Part shown: one piece after another, positions 10,545-18,235 of the stretch
Layout: every line of letters begins with the position of its first letter
Numbering within the stretch: position 1 is the first letter of the stretch
Assembly (NCBI GenBank): GCA_000934665.2
Contig: JYFJ02001985.1
Span: 45,075-65,074 of the forward strand
Length of the DNA stretch: 20,000 bases
Origin: Catajapyx aquilonaris
Taxonomy: Eukaryota
Direction of reading: 5' to 3'
Made by a program: the position numbers and the translations under genes
The notes under the pieces: model-generated
Databases searched by the model: none
Told to the model about the DNA's origin: nothing
Seen by the model: only the letters and a program-made list of their open reading frames with translations

Positions 10545-13500
10545 TGTAATACCCCTTGCGACCCCTTACGGGGTTTTCAGGGAGAGCCAATTGCTCCTAA
10601 ACGTAAACGCCATCGATTGAGTCCGACAAAAACTTGAGACCATGTGAGAAGCGCCCGGGCCTACGGGCAGGGTGCAAGGTGCAATGCATCGACTAATACG
10701 GTCATTTTGTGAGCTCCCCTGAGTGGCTTAGTCTGTTGGAGATACCACCCAAAACGAAGCCAGAGACGACCCCAGAACTCTGCACGAGATGAAGGGGGTG
10801 TCCCCGGGTTGGGTTCGAACTCGGGACCTTAACATCCGTGGGCACATACGTTACTGCAGCGCCACTCCGCCTCCCCAAAAAGAATTAATTTGTTGCCATC
10901 TTGAGCGACCCCGAGTTTGAGGAACGCTGAGAGATGTCGAAACTGGAGTGCTCAATGGAAAAATATATCACGGATGAAAAGCATGTGAAAAACGAAGAAA
11001 TACAATTACGTCTTCATTGCCCGCTTTGAATGCCCGTGCTACTTCTTAGCACGGCAACATGGCCGCCGCGTGAAAGCGGGGGCTTCACTATTGATAGAGG
11101 GCGAAGGTGGGCTTTCAGCTATCCATACTATATAGAGATCAGTGGTTTACTCCCTCTGCCACCCTAGGCATTTGAGATCTCTCTCTCTCTCTCTCTCTCT
11201 CACTTGCAAACAAGTCTTACTGATTTCATATTTTTCCAAAACGCTGCACGAACTTTTACATAGGCCTGATAATAACAACAATAACTTGCCTGAAAAATTC
11301 ATATTAATTATGTCCTTCCTGTTCGCCATGAGGACATTCCCAAAGATCAGGTCACAACAAGCCAGGAGAAGGTGGTATGAATTAACGAGATCATCACTAA
11401 TCTGATGGAAGGTGCCTTTGACGCATGCAAACAATGTCCAGCAGAAGTCAAATATTTCAGAAGTTGTAGGTGGAAGTTTCCTGTAATAAAAATGACATTA
11501 GAAGAATTATAACCAAAACCTTCACTTGCAGAGCGATCATAATAAGTTATTCATGTGTAGGCTCCATTACAGGCATTATTCCAGACACATTAAAGCACCA
11601 CAGGAGTACACTAATATATCTTAATAATGACAACTGAAGAATACACTTCAACTAATGACAGTTGCACTGCTGTAGACAAACTCTTAAAACAAGGGTTCAC
11701 ATATACGCGATTGTGATCAAATAAAGCGAGCGAATTTCAGCTTTCAGCGAATTCGTGTCTGGCCGAAGGCATTCACGTATCAGCGATTTTCTCCTAGACG
11801 CAAGCAAATTTTGGTCACTTACGTGACTAAACTTAAAATCGCGCTCCTCTGCCAGAGCCAGATAGAAGCGAATTTTGGAGCTGGTTCGAGCCACCCAGCG
11901 CAGCCATGCAGACTTGTCGGCCTTCCTCGGCCATGTTGGGAATGCGGATGCCCGAGCTCAGAAGTTACCTATTTTTTTGTCACGAACTCCTGACCCGGCT
12001 AGCCTCCGCACCATGTCCAGCCCTTGCCCCACTTGGTGCACTGTGACCTGGACGCCCTTCCGAGGTCGGTTCAGCAGCATTTTCACTGCCATGCTGGCTG
12101 CCTCGCAGCACAGGGCTCCGCCATCTTTCTCAGCCCAAGATGGCCCCCTGCCCACACGACCCCGAACCCGTCCTCCCTCCTACATGCCCTGCTGCACAGC
12201 ACATGCTCCATAACTAACGAGTCAGTTTTATCGCATAGCGGATACGTGAATGCCCGGAAAACGGTCCAAAAATTCACTCGCTTCGTGACGTAAAAGACGT
12301 GAAAAAGCAAAACCTGAAAATCACTTGCAAGTGTTTATTCGCATATATGTGAACGCACCTTTATCCTTACCATTAACTGTTGCCAATAACTAACTACTAC
12401 TGAACAGGCCCCTTTTGCTGATTTATAGTGAGAGGAAGAGGCATTTAAAATATCCATATAGAGATGCTTACAAGATTATTGCAGTTTATCATATTTGGAT
12501 CCCGCCCATTTCCCTCGTTAGTTTTCTTTTAAATACAGACCAAGTGTGAAGGACTGAAGGTCAACACTTGGGGGAGAGGGATTTTTCACCAGGGGCAAAG
12601 CATGGCAACATCTGCAAAATTTATAGGCCAACAGGAATTAACGACAAGAAAATTTGTCCTAATGGCAACTGCATCATCTGCTCAGCACAATTTTCCAGGA
12701 CAGGAGAGTCAACTGTAAAATAAATAACTCTTACCTGTACTTTCTATTTCTAGGCTGCCTTGGAGGTGTCTCTGCAGGATCAGTAAACATATCCAAAAAT
12801 ATTGGCTGGAACTTTTTGAAAATAACTGTAGACACAGCAAAGTTTCTTTCTAGTCTCTCAATTTTGCCACGGAACTCTTGTGAAAGGTTGGCCATATCTG
12901 CCCACTTCTTGCTCTTGTCAAAGAATTGGATAAGGCTGGAAAGAGTTAACAAAGTCAACCGTAATCTTTGCAATTTTGTGTCCTTTGAAACATTACAAGA
13001 GATGTCATAAAACACCATTAAAGGCTGGCTGCACTATTAATCACATACAGCCATCCCTTGGTTATCAACAGTAATTGGGTCCAAGAGCCCTCTGCAGATA
13101 AGTGACACCCACAGATAAATCTAAGCCTATTTAATAGGCATTTTAAAGCATACATAGCCTACATATAGCTATGATATGCAAATTATACACATTAAAACAT
13201 CAACAAAAACAACTACCAATACAATGCAATTTACATGTTCCAATATATAAATTGATGCAGAAACATAATTTATTTACATCGTGAAATGTTTAAAGGGACA
13301 CTCCACTCAAAATACAAGTTGGGTTCTAAAAATCGGGCAAAAAATCCTGATTCCGAGGGTATAAGCAGTTTTTCTTAGAGACGAACGGTAAGGCCAGTGT
13401 GAAAGCTGGAAGTGTGTCGTTCGAAAACCACGCGCGGGGAAGGTGGGCGCAGGTGGCGACGCCACCAGAGTGGAACCGGGCGGAACTAGAGAAGGCATCC

Positions 13501-16500
13501 TGGCGCGGCAGTTGTTTGTTGAGCACCTTCTCTACTTCTCCGGTTTGCCGCGAGATGCTGTTGTATCGCCCTTCTTAGCAGACGACGCGAGACGACATGT
13601 GTAGATATATGATTTTTCGTGTTACCGTTGGGCGTAGAAAGAAAACGATTGCACATTCGGAATCAGGATTTTTTGCCCGATTTTTGGGGGCCAACTTGTA
13701 TTTTGAGTGGAGTGTCCCTTTAAAAAATCAACTGATGACTGGCACACTGTAAATATAATTCATATTTTTAAAAGTATAACTTCATATTTTTTCAAGTGTC
13801 ACCAGAAAAACAAGCATACAAAAACCATGCTTCCATCCCCTCCCTCCCACAAGAAAAAAAATCCCCTGAGATTAACAGTCCTAGCAAGGATTAATGTATT
13901 CTTATTATTTATTCAACCATTAATTCATTAGATTCAAATACACACCTCATGCTGCAAGATCTAAGCAGTCGAACTAAGCTGACACAATTTCCTTCCACCA
14001 CGGCTCCAGATCTGGCCACAGTTGGGATGGTAGCCTTCCGGCAGGCCACATAAAGAGCACATCCTAGCCAGTGCAGCTGATTGCCCTGAAAATATTTAAG
14101 AACCCTCCTTTAAGCTGGGTGAACACTGAATCATTGCTTGCCTCACCTCCGTCAAAGGTTGGCCTGGCATTGCAGTACCCATCCTACCTCCATCTAGTAT
14201 GTAACCCATCTGTCAGTAATGCAAAAATAAAGACCAATCTGGGAAACTTGGCAAGACACTAACACATCAGCACATCCAGCACTGATCCACGAATTCCATA
14301 GCAATGTCCTATCAAGCAAGGGATTGCGACAAACACACAGTTGGCAGATGACTGACTTTACATTTTCTTGCCCCATCTCTTTCTCAAAAACCCCCATCAA
14401 TAACTCATGCACCCCTAACTGTTATCAAGAAAAACCCCATTAATCACATGATTATGCACAGGAGAAGGTACAGTGAAGCCTGCCCATTACAGACCTTGAA
14501 TAGAGAGGAAATCTGTCAATTGCAGAATTTTTTCTTGGAACAGGCGTATACATAGGACATGCAATGTACAGTATTTTTTGACGCATGTTACGGAACCTGC
14601 CCAATGTGGAAACAGAACTCATTTTTGTCCCCCTTCAGAGAAAATCTCAGGTCATCAAAAGGGTTGATATTATCTCCAGCGAGTCACGTAAATGGAAACT
14701 ACAGCTGGGTTCACTCTCAGCCCTCCCAGGAGGCCTCTGACAACCAAACTCACTCTTTTTACCCTCCTAAATTTTGAACATTTTTGGATTTTCTATTCTG
14801 CTTGGCCTAGTGTCATGCAAACATCTCCTCTGCTGCTAATTTTCACATTAGCAGGGTCAAAATACTAGCCAAAAAGGCGATATTCTGAAGCCACAACACG
14901 TGCATCCGGCCACATGTTGCGGATCCGCCGGTCCCGGCAGACGGGTCACAGGTCTCCGCAACTGATATCAGTGATATGTAAATGGTAGGGAGGCATGGCG
15001 GTCTAGTGGTTACGTCACAGGCCAGCCAAGCGGTAGGCCGGGGTTCAAATCCCGTCCCCGTCACCTCTGCTTGGCCGGGTCTTTTTCCGCTTTTCTCCCG
15101 ACATGCCGGGGCAGAATTCCACTCCCTACTCTGCCCAGGGCCAGAAGAAAAGGCCTGGTGTTTAAAGAATGTCAAAAATGACTACCGCACAGCGCCCTTC
15201 CTTGGGAACCTCCCCAAATGATTGATTAAACTTGATTCATAATTGCTACATAAAATTGATTTCAAAGCATGTGAGGTGATATTCTTCTTGTTCGCGCCAC
15301 CCTCGAGCGCGTTACAGCCGCGGCCACTGTGGACCTGCAACCCGTGACCGGCTGCAAGTGTTGTGGCTTCAGAATATCACCTTTTGCCTTGTATTTTTGT
15401 GAAAATTAGCAGCAGAGGTGATGTTTGCACAACACTATATGCCAAGCAGAATAAGAAAATACAAAAATTGTTAAATTTTAGCAGAGTAAAAAGAGTGAGT
15501 TTGGTTGTGAGTCAGCCTTCAGTGGACTGTCCGACACCACATCTAATAATTTCCGGCATTGCTATCAGACCTATGATCACACCGGCAAGTTGGCTAGGCA
15601 CAACACACTATTTTTGGTTGAAAAACCTGATTCTACTCTTGAAATGCACCCAATATATTTAAAAAATAATAGTAACAAAATAAAATGTGCATCTTAGATT
15701 CGTGTAAGTAGGGTATAGCTTTTTTAGCGAACAACTGGCATCTCAAAAAACTCACAATCTGTATACTTTGCTTTAAAATATTAAGATATAAATTATCTAA
15801 AGTTCCTTAGTACCTCCTGTGGTCATTTAATTACGGGAAAAAACCTGCAAAACTGAGAATTTAAAATGCAAATTTTTGCCGAAAAAATTTGAAATTCATT
15901 TTCATAGTACAGTGTTGTAGTAATATTATGCAACCATAATAACATTGTCTAAAGTGATTATGTAAACTTGTTAGGCCTATTGAGGTTATGCGAGCCAAAC
16001 GATTCTTTAACAATAATTTCTGGAACACCCTGTAGATGAATTTTTTTCCGGCACTTTACATTCAAAAGAACCACCACGAATTAAAGTGATTAATTTTGTC
16101 GCAAAGTTGTTATTCATTAATATCACTCCTACATCAAATTTTGGACAAACGATAAAAAAACTGCCCAAAAACTCCGCCGTCAACAGGTTAAACTGTTAGA
16201 GTGGCAATAGTTGCCCTGCTGTCACCAAATTCATCAATATGTCAATAATTGGTCTTTACTGCATGCAACAATGGTCACCAACAGGCATTCCACTTGGCTA
16301 TAAATAATATCCAAATACTGTACACTTTCAGCGGTTTGTAGCAAACCCTCAAGGCAAAATAGCAAAATTGCAATTGTCCATGTCCGACTTTCGACTTTTT
16401 CAAAATCGACACGAGCAGCACTCATTTTTTCACTTGACCTTTCCTCACTTTCTCCACCTCGTAGTACACTTTACAACCTTTGCGATATTTTCTTTGTACT

Positions 16501-16961
16501 GGTTTCAGGTGTGTACACCTTGATGTACACTGCTTAGAAGTACGTTAACGTAGTCACTGTCTGGAAACTTTCCATTGACACCCCCCCCCCCNNNNNCCCC
16601 CCCCCCCCCCCATGCTTGGGGGCAGCTTGGCAACTGCACGGTTGGTGTACATAACTGCGTATCACCCTCCATGCAGATACAGACACTGTCAATACACTGT
16701 GGGCTACCCCAAGCAATGACTGTCCTCCCTGAAGCCCTGTTGTCATCAACAACAGGCTCAGAGATGTTGTTTGTTTGCATTGTCGGCTGTTTGTCCCCCT
16801 GGGTTTTCCCGCTAGTGACATACCTCGAGCGTGTAGTTCTGCTTTATGTTCTCGTAGCTCTGCCAGGCCTCGTCCCCAGTGTTCTTGTCCATGTTGAGTT
16901 CCTGGCACAGGTCCCTGAACTGGTGCATCACGTCCTGATCCACCTCCTCGGAAAGACCCAT
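1..16961 (-). CDS. RBL1: Retinoblastoma-like pocket protein (p107/p130/Rbf type), spliced, 3'-partial: join(16961-16824,14085-13946,12935-12735,11480-11290,8381-7969,7235-7033,6351-6135,6070-5867,5441-5192,2874-2605,1137-959,501-322,183-<1)
   Basis: Manual exon assembly gives one open frame (~923 aa) with all intron phases compatible. Recognisable motifs: N-terminal LCQELNMD..EAWQSY..NYTLEGNQLHWLGCALYVACRK; A pocket TPVSTATQSVSRL..FHQSLFACCLEIVIFSY..FYKVIEV..LSRDVVKHLNHIEEQILE; spacer RKRLF; B pocket GSVGLFFRKFYYLASVRL..KIWTCFE..DRHLDQILMCAVY..QPQA..HVYRSVLL. The symbol means RBL1-like; RBL1 versus RBL2 orthology cannot be resolved for an invertebrate. Confidence 0.96.
322..501 (-). CDS. RBL1: RBL exon 12 (FYYLASVRLQELC..KIWTCFEHS..DRHLDQILMCAVYVVCR)
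   Basis: ccacag| acceptor, AGG|GTGAGT donor, 180 nt. Confidence 0.96.
959..1137 (-). CDS. RBL1: RBL exon 11 (ISGENGEQYIPIP..KPKRSGSVGLFFRK)
   Basis: ttgcag| acceptor, AAG|GTATTG donor, 179 nt; B-pocket start motif. Missed by the ORF track. Confidence 0.93.
2050..2288. mobile_element. PIF/Harbinger (Tourist-like) MITE, 239 bp
   Basis: 37-bp TIRs AGGC(C/T)GCTTCACAAACTC(A/G)GCGTTG(C/T)GAAAGCGGGGC (34/37 identical); TAA on both sides (2047-2049, 2289-2291). Confidence 0.85.
2605..2874 (-). CDS. RBL1: RBL exon 10, spacer (PQQSPVSTVSERFQSPVLHSTARKRLFVEG..LLNIK)
   Basis: cctttcag| acceptor (an in-frame alternative acceptor would start at 2949), A|GTATGA donor; SP CDK sites and an RxL-type RKRLF motif. 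Confidence 0.88.
4660..4975 (-). pseudogene. Possible decayed Gypsy/Ginger-type integrase fragment
   Basis: One frame reads FWNGLKQEVDKFI..LNPIPLLNYSTMALSFTGPL*DTRR, resembling the integrase pattern YW.GM..DV..Y..L.PIP...D..GPLP.T; contains stops and lacks the CxxC. Confidence 0.35.
5192..5441 (-). CDS. RBL1: RBL exon 9 (IEEQILEHMAWRCESPLW..spacer start)
   Basis: gtacag| acceptor, A|GTAAGT donor, 250 nt, phase 1. Confidence 0.93.
5867..6070 (-). CDS. RBL1: RBL exon 8 (FLLEQDIFHQSLFACCLEIVIFSY..LSRDVVKHLNH)
   Basis: tttcag| acceptor after a 64-nt intron, CAT|GTTAGA donor, 204 nt. Confidence 0.95.
6135..6351 (-). CDS. RBL1: RBL exon 7 (A pocket; ..FAKKRLQLGETLYYKLLENILIEE..)
   Basis: ttgcag| acceptor, ACA|GTATGT donor, 217 nt. 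Confidence 0.94.
7033..7235 (-). CDS. RBL1: RBL exon 6 (KGGKGKTDTFKVRNFIPTTPLTGR..ITPVSTATQSVSRLQ..LLEIF)
   Basis: cttacag| acceptor at 7235 (an in-frame alternative AG would start the exon at 7202), AG|GTTGGT donor; TPLTG and TPVSTATQS motifs. Confidence 0.9.
7969..8381 (-). CDS. RBL1: RBL exon 5 (GLPNDF..KLCEGHDGIQVEALHIKEYWWKP..YEEFVLSVGDFDERIYL..IGTP..QQQQADL)
   Basis: atttcag| acceptor, TTG|GTGAGT donor, 413 nt; conserved YEE.VL.VGDFDERI.L motif. Confidence 0.95.
8546..9051. mobile_element. piggyBac-like non-autonomous element (~506 bp)
   Basis: TTAA|CCCTTTGACGCCT ... AGGCATCAAAGGA|TTAA; a related copy lies at ~15900-16187. Confidence 0.8.
9141..9277. mobile_element. CACTA/EnSpm-like MITE, 137 bp
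   Basis: TA|CACTACTGGAAAAAACT ... AGTTTTTTCCAGCAGTG|TA; imperfect TIR extends ~33 bp to CCCCTACAA. Confidence 0.75.
9520..9782 (+). pseudogene. C-terminal fragment of a THAP9/P-element-like transposase (frameshifted)
   Basis: VFPELYRHMFDSPPENNHVHRLVKVIAEVYEKVCLHNIAK, then in a shifted frame KHIKKN*SMMILSQHQ* (TAA at 9780-9782). Matches the recalled THAP9-like C-terminal pattern F..L..H..D....NH...L.K.I...Y.K..LH..K...IR..L.K.ILF..Q*. Confidence 0.75.
9971..10447. mobile_element. hAT (Charlie-like) MITE nested in the P-like element
   Basis: TIRs CAGT(A/G)CTTCCCAGT (13/14) and subterminal GGGGTCGCGA; the 8-bp flanks no longer match. Confidence 0.6.
10490..10876 (-). mobile_element. tRNA-derived SINE with (AAT)n tail
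   Basis: Minus-strand head GGGGAGGCGGAGTGGCGC (A-box-like), B box GAGTTCGAACCC (10811-10822), 3' hairpin ACCCCGTAAGGGGT, (AAT)n tail at 10490-10544, candidate TSD AAAAAGA at 10483-10489 and 10877-10883. Confidence 0.85.
11178..11201. repeat. (TC)12 microsatellite
   Basis: Direct read. Confidence 0.95.
11290..11480 (-). CDS. RBL1: RBL exon 4 (KLPPTTSEIFDFCWTLF..ISDDLVNSYHLLLACCDL..NMNFS), ends at a GC donor
   Basis: ttacag| acceptor; donor CAG|GCAAGT supplies the phase 1 needed by exon 5; 191 nt. Confidence 0.93.
11692..12360. mobile_element. Non-autonomous DNA transposon, probably PIF/Harbinger-like
   Basis: Inverted ends GTTCACATATACGCGA / TCGCATATATGTGAACGCACCT followed by TTA; left terminus eroded; CpG-rich interior. 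Confidence 0.6.
12735..12935 (-). CDS. RBL1: RBL exon 3 (LIQFFDKSKKWADM..LERNFAVSTVIFKKF..PRNRKY)
   Basis: ttccag| acceptor, AG|GTAAGA donor, 201 nt, phase 2/2. Confidence 0.95.
13048..13290. mobile_element. Possible pogo/Tigger-like left-end fragment
   Basis: TA|CAGCCATCCCTTGGTTATC resembles Tigger termini; no matching right end found. Confidence 0.35.
13294..13719. mobile_element. Kolobok-like (TTAA TSD, AGG termini) MITE, 426 bp
   Basis: TTAA|AGGGACACTCCACTCAAAATACAAGTTGG...; ~63-bp TIRs with 4 mismatches; TTAA at 13290-13293 and 13720-13723. Confidence 0.88.
13946..14085 (-). CDS. RBL1: RBL exon 2 (GNQLHWLGCALYVACRKATIPTVARSGAVVEGNCVSLVRLLRSCSM)
   Basis: tttcag| acceptor, AG|GTGTGT donor, 140 nt; conserved HWL.CALYVACRK and VEGN.VSL.RLL motifs. 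Missed by the ORF track. Confidence 0.94.
14471..14670. mobile_element. Possible truncated Tc1/pogo-type MITE fragment
   Basis: TA|CAGTGAAGCCTGCCCATTAC with an internal echo GAACCTGCCCAATG; no right end. Confidence 0.3.
14731..15518. mobile_element. Foldback-type element with ~200-bp inverted arms
   Basis: Arm ~14731-14939 pairs with ~15316-15518 (shared blocks ACAACCAAACTCACTCTTTTTAC, CCTCTGCTGCTAATTTTCACA, GATATTCTGAAGCCACAACAC); termini AGGC..GCCT; TSD eroded. Confidence 0.82.
14988..15240 (+). mobile_element. tRNA-derived SINE (second family) inside the foldback element
   Basis: A box TGGCGGTCTAGTGG (14996-15009), B box GGTTCAAATCC (15042-15052), TGAT-repeat tail near 15219-15239. Confidence 0.72.
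15900..16187. mobile_element. 5'-truncated relative of the 8546-9051 piggyBac-like element
   Basis: Colinear shared blocks AGTACAGTGTT.TAGTA, TCTGGAACACCCTGTAGA, TTTACATTCAAAAG, TTCATTAATAT.ACTCCTAC, CCCAAAAA; ends GTCAACAGG|TTAA. Confidence 0.8.
16581..16611. repeat. Poly-C tract containing 5 N (poly-G on the gene's sense strand)
   Basis: Direct read; Ns at 16592-16596. Confidence 0.95.
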
Positions 16962-17700
16962 CTCGTCGTCGGCGGAGACTGGGTGACGCCAACTGGCACA
17001 ATGGACAATACGTGGCGGGAAACACCCTCTCTACTCTGCCAACACCCACAGGGGCTGATCCAGGTGCTTCTTGGGGTTCACACACAACCGCGCTCCTGCT
17101 CGTCTCACGGCTGGCTGTGGGATGATGGGAGGGCGGACGGAGGCTGGGGAACTGCTGGGAGGGGCAGGGTATGTGGGGCGCCAGCCAGGGATTGAAACAA
17201 CAGGCCGAGTGGGGAAATGGGGACTACTTTGACCAGAAAAGGGCGCGAAATGGGGACGCAGCACGCGCAAAGTAGGTCCACTACATACCACGGTGTGACC
17301 GCGGGACGCCGTCTGCACAGGAGGAAATGCTGTGGAGAATACCGCGCACTGTCGGGAGGCAAATGGACACGTTTCTGGCTGTTCAACTGGTTGCTTTTGA
17401 CGGCATTCCTCAAGCGGAGTGATACACGCAGGGAAAACGGCGGGAAACCGTATCACCGGCGGCTTGTACGGTATGACAACGAAGCTGGTGATTTCACGTA
17501 GAGATGTGACTAAATTTGTCTGGGGTGAAAGGTCACATGGCGGAAATGGCATAAATGAATTTGTATTGGGGCTCTGCCTCAGTGCGGAGGGACGGTCGCG
17601 GGTTGAGGCCATTTGTGTTAGCGAAATCAGCAGAGGGCGGTGTTGCCGCGAGTGCATTGTTTCATAGCGTATTACTATGGAGGGGGCCCCGCGTACCTTT
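16800..17700 (-). promoter_or_regulatory. CpG-rich promoter/5'UTR of the RBL gene with clustered E2F consensus sites
   Basis: GGCGGGAAA at 17014-17022 and 17439-17447, GGCGCGAAA at 17242-17250, TTTCCCGC at 16805-16812 (start of intron 1); CpG visibly denser than in the gene body. Confidence 0.7.
16824..16961 (-). CDS. RBL1: RBL exon 1 (MGLSEEVDQDVMHQFRDLCQELNMDKNTGDEAWQSYENIKQNYTLE)
   Basis: ATG at 16961, 138 nt, donor GAG|GTATGT, phase 0; typical RBL N-terminus. Confidence 0.92.
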
Positions 17701-17866
17701 TTGCCCCAGGGCCCCCAAGAGTCTTGTTACGCCCCTGTCCCCCTCCCCTCTCCGACTCGAATACTGTTATGATACGTCAAAAAAGTCTTACAATAGGTTA
17801 CAATATTATGAAACGGACCGATCGGCCATGGGCCCCCCCCGAAAAAATTTCCTGCCTACGCCACTG
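17680..17866. mobile_element. Two same-orientation hAT-like terminal fragments
   Basis: Reverse complements CAGGGGCGTAACAAG...GGGGCCC (terminus at 17737) and CAGTGGCGTAGGCAGG...GGGGCCC (terminus at 17866) are typical hAT MITE ends; partner ends are absent. Confidence 0.55.
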
Positions 17867-18204
17867 GTTTCATTGACAAAATGCTGATGCGGAGTAGGGG
17901 ACATCAGAGGGGAGGGCCGGAGGGGCTCCGACGAGTATAGTACTCGCAACGTCATACTGGGAGTCTGGGACATCGATTCAAAAGTTGTGTGTACGTGCAT
18001 AGGGAGTGATAGGGGAGGAGGGGGACAGTTGAGAAGGTATCGCGAGGGAGAATGACCGACCTTTGAACGAGCGTTTTGTTTCTGACACTGCTGCAATAAA
18101 ACTATGTTGAGGGGCCAACGAGGTTATTCGCCTATACTGTCTTTGCAATACAGTGTATTATCCTGCTTGTATTATTCTAGCTGGCTTTGGTAGCGCTGAT
18201 GGTC

Positions 18205-18235
<31 letters not shown>
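18205..18235. repeat. (TGT)10 microsatellite
   Basis: Direct read. Confidence 0.95.

Larger units (their letters stand above)
9334..11144 (+). mobile_element. Internally deleted P-element/THAP9-family DNA transposon with nested insertions
   Basis: 31-bp TIRs CACTGATCTCTATA(C/T)AG(A/T)ATGGATAGCTGAA (29/31); perfect 8-bp TSD GTTTACTC at 9326-9333 and 11145-11152; internal transposase remnant. Confidence 0.88.

Noticed and set aside
14988..15062. Functional tRNA gene (also 10805-10876)
   Set aside because: A and B boxes are present, but I could not fold a clean cloverleaf, and each continues into a SINE body and repeat tail.
10490..15240. Oppositely oriented SINEs flanking exons 2-4 as a circRNA-promoting pair
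   Set aside because: They share only loose similarity in the tRNA head; too little complementarity for stable pairing.
16534..17667. Long overlapping ORFs (183-208 aa) around exon 1 and the promoter
   Set aside because: By-products of high GC content and the antisense shadow of exon 1; some run through the poly-C/N gap; no recognisable domain.
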